Shown here: piece by piece, positions 27,701 through 37,325 of the stretch
Layout: every line of letters begins with the position of its first letter
How positions within the stretch are numbered: the stretch's first letter is position 1
NCBI GenBank assembly: GCA_051362555.1
Contig: CM120648.1
Location: forward strand, 19,960,587-20,024,586
Reading direction: 5' to 3'
Origin: Lingula anatina
Taxonomy: Eukaryota > Animalia > Brachiopoda
DNA length: 64,000 nucleotides
Position numbers and translations under genes: made by a program
The notes under the pieces: model-generated
What the model saw: only the letters and a program-made list of their open reading frames with translations
What the model was told of the DNA's origin: nothing
Databases searched by the model: none

Positions 27701-30700
27701 GCTCTCATCTGGCAAACGATTTGTTGCAGAAAGACAGGGCTCTGAGGATGGGACAACCATCTTTGAGTCCTGATTATATCCTACTGAGCACCTGCGACAT
27801 AAATTGGAATGTGCATTGCAGAGGAGAACCAATTCCTAAATAATCTTGACCAATTCCACCACGCTCTTTAGGCGGAATGGGACAATATCCCACATAACAG
27901 AATTGTTGCCCATGTTGAAGGCTTGTTGCGCCATCTACAGGAGATAATTGCAGTACGCGGTAGACGCACACGCTGTTAGCACATGATCTTTAACGAGCGC
28001 ACCCTAATGCTAATTGTGTGTGAATTTGGTGACATTTGATGGCGTCTTTTCAATTTTATAGACATTTCTTTACATCTGTAGAAATCACAATGAAACAGTC
28101 GAATTGAGGGGTACCTCTTATAAATTTAACTAAATGGTATAAAATGTGTATATTTTCACCACTATTTTGGATTTTTTAAACCATGAATCATGTTAGACAC
28201 GGTATCCGTAATAAAAATCACAATTTCTAACAGTTCACAGCTGTGAGGTGATCATTTGTAAATAAAAGTACATGGAAATGGGGGTGGGACAACCTTTTTG
28301 ACCAATGTTGTATACAAACAGACATGGCGTACAATCTACAAATATACCACCATATGTCCGTCCTCGGTGGCTACTACCTTTCACATTCTCTGTTAGCGTC
28401 AAGTATGAATTGATGCTGCCATTTTGCTTTACGATGTCGTTGATAACCCAATTCCGTACGTACCACGTCTATGCAGTCATTGCATGCTATTTCGTTTGAA
28501 GTACACTATGTTTTTATGTCACTTCTTCTTTTATTTTAATGTGTAAAGGAAATGAAGGAAGAAATAGCACAAGAAAGTCAAAGAGACGATCACAAGATCT
28601 ACGATTCTTTCATCTTGTTTCTACTGAGCCATGGTACCGAGGGTGCTGTTTATGGAACGGATGGCTATCCTTTACCCTTCAAATATATCAAAGCCATTTT
28701 GAATAACAGGAACTGTCTTGGCCTGTCGGGCAAACCGAAAATGATATTTATTCAGGCTTGCCAGGGAAGTAAGTTATGGAATGTATTACACAAGCTTGAA
28801 TACCTGCGATGAAAATAACATGCAAAATTATTAAACAAATGTATTGAGATATTAAACTGTATTAACAGTCTGTCTCCTTAAAATTATATTCAGCCACACG
28901 AAACGAATGACGCTTAGTATTATGTAATTGTTTAATTAGTTAATACTGATATCAATTCTAACTTATATGTAAACATATAATCCACATAAGGGTGTATGGG
29001 GTGTTTCATTATTTTTCCATATTCACCCAGAGAGATGGGACAGTGGGACACTCCTGGACGGACAAACAGTTCAACAACCACAGCAAGCACCACCTGCAGC
29101 AAACCTTGGTGATGAGGTACCCGATGCGCCACACGAGATTCCAAAGCCATCCAATGATCCGACTATGTCCGATTTTCTCGAGGTCCATGCGACGTCACCA
29201 GGTACTTTAACCGTGTTTCTTTGTATGCCATTTTACTTAGGCCTTACAAATGTGTTTTTCATCAGAAAAAAAAAATCAAAATGATAAGGTGCACGTGGTG
29301 ATGCTGGGATTATGGCATTTTGCCTCAGGTAGAAGATGGTGTGCATTTTGTGGTCTATCGACATATTGTGGAGAACTGTATTATACGTGTATACTTTAAA
29401 ATGCTCACTACATTACTGCACCAGTAAATACTGAAAATGGTGCATGTATTTTTATACAGTATCAAATAAAATATATGTGCCAAATTTAATTAAAATTTAC
29501 GTACATTTTTGCCATAATGCTTTTAAAAATGCTTTCAAGATCACTATGAAAAACGAAAGTGTGTCGAGATGTTACCTAATTGTATTTGGGAAGCTGTCAG
29601 ACGATTTCTTTCGAAAAAAGACTTTGTAGCTTATGCAAATGTTGAGAAAAAAACATGCCGATTATGGAAAATTCAATTATCAAAATTTAAACTACGTAAT
29701 TCGACAGATTTTAATTTAATTTAATTTAAAAATCGCTATCGTGTATTTCTGACATTGAATTCTCAGTGTGCACAAAATGTAGGCATCGAAGGCATTCATG
29801 AATGTCGACACGTTTGATTCTTTGAATCAGACGCTTCATGTTACTTGATAGCGCAGAGGCATGCCAGGGAAAACAGAGGAAGAAAAACAAGTTCTGGTTT
29901 TTCTTGATTGAAGGCTTCGATTTGTTGAAGGGCAATTCTGTATAGCCTGGTTTCCAAAGATCGTGTGGCAGGCATATCAGCAAAACAAAATGCATCGCCA
30001 AGGACCGGAATGCCATGGCAAAATGTTTTAAGTTTACTTTGTTATTTTGATACAAATAAGCTTCCGGTTGACATAGATTTGACTGGTCTCCAACTTTCCA
30101 TGCTGCACTGTGCCTGACCGAAAAAAAAAAAGCCTTAAAATGAGTAGTGATTCAGTGTTCCAATGATGCCTGCGATGGCTAGAAACGTGACCCGTATTAT
30201 TGGCCTTTTGGAGATCATTTCAGGTCGGTTCACTGTAACACTATCGGCAAATATACTTTACTAATAGTTCCTCGATCTATGCGATTTATGAAATTTGCTT
30301 TTCCGCACTCTCAGTGAGACTAAGTACTGTTATATTAACAAAATAAAAATAAACAGTACCGTTGCATCTACGAGTAAATAATACGTTAAGGCTTCAGTAT
30401 TTTCTGTTTCAGATTACGTATCTTGGCGACACACGGGAAAGGGAACATGGTTTGTTCAATCCATTGTCGATACATTTTATCGTGAAGCACACAAATATGA
30501 CGTTTTACAAATGTTGGTGAATGTAAGTACTGAAATAACATGAACTACATTATTTTACATTGAAAGTGTGTTAAATTCATTAGAACACCAATCAAATATA
30601 AAACATAGCTGCCAGAAGAAGTGACATGTCGTAAGAGGTGACTTATGTAAATACAGTCCAACATGCACAGACTTTTTAAGAACCAGCGAAATGCTCTTCT

Positions 30701-33476
30701 GTTTATTTTGACAGTTTAATCAGAACTGTTCACTTTATGTAATATTTTATTTCACCAGGTCAATCACGCGATCTCTCAAAAGCAAACAACAATGGGCAAT
30801 AAACAGGCACCAGAGATAGTTACCAGCTTACGAAAGAAAGTTTTCTTCAACATAACTCCAGGTAAGCAAAAAGAATCACATCTTCCCGAGGTGTATTCGG
30901 CCGAATAATAAAGACCCGAGATCAAAAGTAAGCAAAAACAACAAACCTGGAACGTGTTAAGGTACAAACAATGCTGCCAGTCCTGCTGAAGATCTCATCC
31001 TTTTATCAAATGTCTCAAATCTCCCACCCAGTTGCAGACCCCACCTACAAAATTGTTTCCCAACTTCAATAAATCATTCCCAACTAAAGCTGGAACTTCA
31101 AGGTTATGATCTTCATAAGGTTATTTTTCTCATCAATGTTATTTCTATGTGTTTCCACCTAAATTGCACCACAACTCCTAGCATTCACGCACCTCACAGT
31201 CATTTATCAGTATATACTTACTCCTCCTGAAGTGATTTGGGATTACATTGAATCAGGTTATCCTTTGGGCGGATTGCTGGCACAATTTAATCTCCTTCTT
31301 ACAGATTTCAAATATTCAGTGTTACATGTTATCCCTACATCTGATCTTCACAAAACTCTTGTAATTTACGATCTTTTTTTTATCCCAACCTGGTCTCGGT
31401 TGATTCTAACATTCCAAGAGAGTTCTCTGTGGCACTTCATTGATGCTGTTATCGCACATGTCCAACATTTTGTTCGTGGTGCTCTTTTAGGTATATCTTA
31501 TATTCAAGATGTTTTCCACATTTTACCGATTATCAACTGCGTCCATCCCTTAAAGGCCCAGTGGGTCACCTGTGACCCACACGTTTGACACGTCACGACC
31601 CACACCACACAAAATGAATCCACTTCATTTTACCATTTCCTATTCCTTATGTACTAGTTTATCCTTGTTGACCAATTAGAAACTAGATCATTATCCTTCA
31701 CTTCACTCAAATATGTCTGCCTCCATAAGAAGGAGTTAATGCTATTGTCTAGTGGGTTTTTATGTGTCTTTATTGTCATCTCAAGGTAAATAATAATTTC
31801 AATATTCTGCCTTTTCATTATAAATACAATAGTCTTAAACCACACAGAAATGTTTTATACAGTTGTTAGCTACGCTTCCAGGATTAAATTTATTTTTTCA
31901 TGTTGTTATTGTAATAAAAAGAGGTTTGTGATATCTTGAAACTTAGTCATTTGTTTACCTCTAAAGCCCAGTGGGTCACCGGTGGAACATAACCAAAAAC
32001 TAGGTCAATGTTGCCCAAAACATTTTTTTCAACATTTATTGATAAATATGCTTATTACAACCCTATTACCTAGGCATTAAACTTTTCATGCAAGAAAAAC
32101 ATGTCCTGGAGTGATCTGTTTTATTATGAGAAATGTTTGCCAATAGGTGCAAGTTGTTCGTGCCAGATTTTTTAATCTATGAGTAAAGCTATGCAATGGA
32201 TTATATTGGAGAGATTTCATGATTCGGCCATGTCCCGTATACTAGATGATATCTGTTTCATTGGACCTCAAAATTCCAAGAAGTGTCAGGTTGATTTTTC
32301 TTGTGTTATGCACATGGATAAACGTTTCCATTAACGCAGTAAAAACCTTTACTCTGACCACTTGTTTAACGTAAACAACCTTTACTCTGACCACTTTTGT
32401 TTATTTTATCTCATCGAAATAGATTCAATACAAATGAAACCTTGGATAGGCTTTTAGGGTTTAATCTGAAATAAAATTTCAGGCATCGGTCAAACGTGTC
32501 TAATTTGGTTCAGTTTTGTTGTGGGATCTGGTTGATTGGGCGAGTAATGACCCACCCACTTATTGTCCATGTGGTTCAAGTATGGTGATTTTGATGATCA
32601 AGGCAACTGCTTACTCCCTTGTTTCATAAAGTTATCTGCTATTCCAGGTTCTCTGTTCGAACCAGTAATCTCATTGTACAACCTTAAATTACTCCTAATG
32701 TGCCCCCTAGTCATGCGATTCCCAGATTATAACTTACTTTGATGTGTTTAGGATCTTATTATTTTTTTACTATTAAAAATGATAATTTTCAGTCATATGC
32801 ACTTTACCTCATTTGCCTTTGAGCAAAAACAGAGCTGTGTTGTGCTAATGATCATTTGGCTACATAAAACAGCAATTTAGATAATTGTGTTTATGTAGAG
32901 AATGTCTACATCAGTGAGATTTAAGTCATCCAGCTTTTTAGCTGCTTGATATTTACCCGCATTGTTACGTAGTGCAGTTTAAGCAGCTACACTGGAAGAT
33001 TACTTGCTTCACTATTTCATTTTTATTTGGACACATTCCACCTTCCCGCATCACCCGCCTTAGTCCTTTTGTTTTTCTCTATTTTTTTTCTTTTTTCACT
33101 AACCAGAGTCTCTATTTCTGCGCCAATAACTATAACTTTGTACATATAACCCTCACTGGGGTAGCGCTAACACTCGCCAGTTTAGCCAAATGCTAAAACT
33201 TGCTGAAATTGGCTAAAGAAAAAGGGCTTGATTTGACTTGTTGTAGTCAAATTATAACCATTTTGATAACAGTTTGACAAAAAAGTGGTGATTTGCCTAA
33301 GAGAAAAAAAAATAGCTAGCGCTACCCTAGCCTCACCTGCCTTTGTCGCCATCGATGCTGATGCCATGTACTTTAACTCTGAGTGGAAAACCATATACAC
33401 TTCTGTCTTTAAAGCTGCAGAACCAACGAAAAAAAAGGCCCAGCTGGCTTGATCAAATTATTCTTTCAAAACTGAT

Positions 33477-33511
<35 letters not shown>

Positions 33512-36500
33512 TGTTTTAAGAGATAATAACTCTTCGTTTTGGCAAAATAAATGAATTTTCCTGGAGTAAACAACACTTTTCCCATACTTACCAATGGTTA
33601 ATGAATCCATTTTTACATTCAAAGTCCCTGTTTTTTTTCTAAAAAGTTTGTTTTTTTGTTAAAATCTCTTAAAAGATTATAACAGAGTACAGCTATCAAT
33701 GGAAGTCACGTGATCTGAAGACAAGCTCAGATATCAGAATAATAGCTTTAACTGCTGTTTTTGTGGTAAAACAGAATATATTATATTTCTATGAGTTGTT
33801 CACAATGTATTTATTGTGAAATAAAGATATCATACAAAGAGTTATTATCCCTTTAACTATATGCAATACAGCTAACACATTTCAAGGAAAACTGATAAGT
33901 GTACCTAAAGCACAGATCAAATGACTAAAATGCAGGTTGAGCTTCAAACTTTTGGGTTTGATAGACCTATCATAAATGATGTGCATGGGGACTTTGGATT
34001 TTAAAAGTGGACCTGGGGAATTGGGCTGTGCCCGGGAGGAGGGATAAATAAATATTTCTACATTTTAATTTCTGCTATCTTCTCCTATACAATTAGAGGG
34101 ATTGCATTTCAATGTTGATAGTCAACCAAACATCAGGGATGCATGTGCAGGGGAAAATAGGATTTTCAATACACTTGGGGGTTGGGCTGTCCCTGAGGGT
34201 GGTTTATACTAATTTTTTTTCACATTATAATTTTTGATATTTATCCCAGACAATAGCAGTGAGGAAGTTGACATATTTATGTATTGAATCTGTTTTTTTT
34301 TTTTTTTCTTTTTTTTTTGATCAGGAGAAATATAGTTCTATCAATTGATTTGACAATTCTTTTTCAATACTTTGCTATAGGAGACAGAGATGACGGTATG
34401 TCTCAAGAAGAAAGAATTTTAAAATTACCTGCACCACCCCAGACCAGGCACTCTGCCTCACAAGGCAGGGAGGAGATCAGAACAGATGATCTCAGAGATA
34501 CATACCTGAGGAAATTCTCCATCACTCCAGAAGGTGGACATGTGCATCTGAAGGAAGTTGGAGTATTCCTGTTAGTGCCTCCAGGAGCTCTGGCTGAAAC
34601 TACAGAAATGTTCATTGGTATAAGTTGGAGAGAAGAAGACATGCCACCGCTGCCACCGTGTCAGACTAGAGCAAGTCCAGTTGTTGTCTGCGGACCACAT
34701 GGCCTGACATTCAGAAAACCAGTGTACCTGTCATTTTATCACTGCATATCAGGCACACGTCAAAGAAAGATGGGAAAGATCTGTCCTGAAAATCTGACAC
34801 AGAGTTCAAGAATGGACAATCCATTTTACGTATGGCATTCAGTAACTCACTTAAATGACCCTTGTAAGTGGAAAGTATTGAGCAGTGATTCTGCTGTGTT
34901 GACAAACACCAAATGTGTCTTAACCGTGAACCAGTTCTGCAAACACAGTTTGTCATGTGACAGTAAGCGTCTTTCTGCCTTGGTGTTTGGGTCATTTCAG
35001 CCTCGACATGTCTCCTTGCTGAAACTGATGGTGTGCTGTGTCAATGACACCAGAGATGAGGTAGAGGTGAGAATTAACATATAAGTGGTTTTCATTTTTG
35101 AGTGTTTATGACTATTCCTGACATATTGGCATAATATCCGTGCTGTGGATGATTGCAAATAACTGAGGTAAAGTTGTAATTGGTCACTGCATTAAGTTCC
35201 TTTGTTAATTTTCATTCTTTTGAATAATAATGTGCATTGTATTTCAGTTGGCTATTTGCATGACATAACCCAATAAATCATTTTGTCATCATGTCTGTTG
35301 CATTTGTTTGTGGATATCATTTTTTGATACCCCTAAAATGCATGTGTGTTGCTATTGAAGGGTAAATACTATTTGTTTGAATGTTGTAGAATGTGACAAC
35401 TAAAGCTAAGGAATCTCTCCAAATGGAGATGTTAGATCTGGAAAAGAAGTTTCAATTCTTAACTTGTGAGTACAGTGAGAGTAAAGAAAAGGAGTCCTAT
35501 GATGTCAGCCTATCGTTGGACAGGTTTGAGACAAAGTGGAACATGCATGAAGATTGTCCTAGAAAGGTTGGTATTAATGAGTTATATTTTTCAATATTGT
35601 GCAACAAAGATGTGTACACTATAATATGCAGGCCATTTTATGCACTGAAAAAGGTGGGCTTTTATTGCTTATATTTTACAAAGATATTGTGTAACAAAGA
35701 TATCCCATATAGGCGTAAAGGGCCTGTAGTGTGATGATTTTGGCAGATTAGTGTGAAAATATCAAAATTAGTTTCTTAGATAATGATAGAGAGAGCTATA
35801 ATAATAGATAATGATAAAGAGAGAGTGATAGTAAATAAGTCTAAAAAAGACCCTTTTGCGTTTTAGGTGATAAAGTATGTGAAATTGCTGAAAAATGAAA
35901 CAGAACATGTAATATATACCCTGAGGCCTAAAATGACAGAGGGACTTGATGTGTTTGATTGCAAGATACACATAAAGCAGGAAGTATCTGAGGATCAGGA
36001 AGAGGATATCAAAGTGCTGACATCCACTGTGTTTGACATCCACTGGATGTTACCAGTAAGTATAGACAGGGAATTGGGTTACTATGAAGTGAGGAGACAT
36101 TATCTTATGTTCAGTGTGATATTGTCTTTGTATGATATCATAGTAAGTAAAACATTATATTGTTGTTGCATCTATTGGCAATAATCAACCCCAAGCTTCA
36201 GCATAGTAACTATAACATTATACTTTTGTTGCATCTATTGGCGAGGTCCAACCCAGAGCTTCAGCATCATTCAGGACCTAGATTAGTAATGACTAAAATG
36301 CAATGTCTGTAACTGTCTTGTTTCTTGTCCACACATTTAAAGGGCCAAGAGCTCTCCGTATGAAATCAATATTGCACAATAAATACATTGTAACTGCTCA
36401 TACAAATATAATATCATTCCATTTTACCACAAAAACGGCAGCTATAACAATAAATCTGAAATCTGTGCTTGCCATCTGACCATTTGACCTCCATAATAGA

Positions 36501-37270
36501 CCGGTGGCTTAGGGCAAAAAAATGGGCAAATCGTTACACGGCAGATACAATCACCAAATTGTGCATGTGGGTACATTTTGACATACTAAATCAAATTAGA
36601 GCCATAGCCCACGGGAAAAAAAAATACCGTTTTGCCAAAAAATCCAAAATGACCGCAAATTTGTGAAATTCTGTAGAAATGTATACAAGTACATACCTAT
36701 GTTGATTTTTATCAAATTAAGTATTTTCTCAATGTTTTTCACACCCTTATTACCCATATAAGGTATATGTGTCAGATGACAAACGAGTGTCCTTGGACTT
36801 TTTGATATATCCAAGATGGCCGCCTTATGGCATAGGAATACTAAAAACATGTACAAAGGTTTTCAACTAATACCAACTAGGAAGAAGCATTTCCCTCTAT
36901 CTATTAAATTGTGTTTCTGAGTGCCTTATTACACAAATAATATATTTGTGGTGAGTAACTAACCTTTATTCTCAGGCATTTCGAGAAAAATCCAAGATGG
37001 CCGCCATATCAAAGTGATACTAGTATACACATAGGGCTTCTTTTGTCATGGAGATATAATATTAATTGATAACTTAGGTTTGTTTCTGAGTATTTTCCTC
37101 ATCTTTTTAATCCACTAATAAATAAGTGTTGAGAATGTTATGTGTATCCTTTTTGAAAACAAAACAAAACAAAACGGCTGCTATTGGCCATTGAAGGTGG
37201 GGATCAGTTAATACCTGCGAGAGATAGGCTTCCATATAAAATGAAGCTAAATTCAGTTGTTTTTCTGTTG

Positions 37271-37325
<55 letters not shown>

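Noticed and set aside
34920-34950. PIDD-type HFS autoproteolysis site after ZU5
   Set aside because: The equivalent position reads NQFC; the His is missing, so self-cleavage is not supported.
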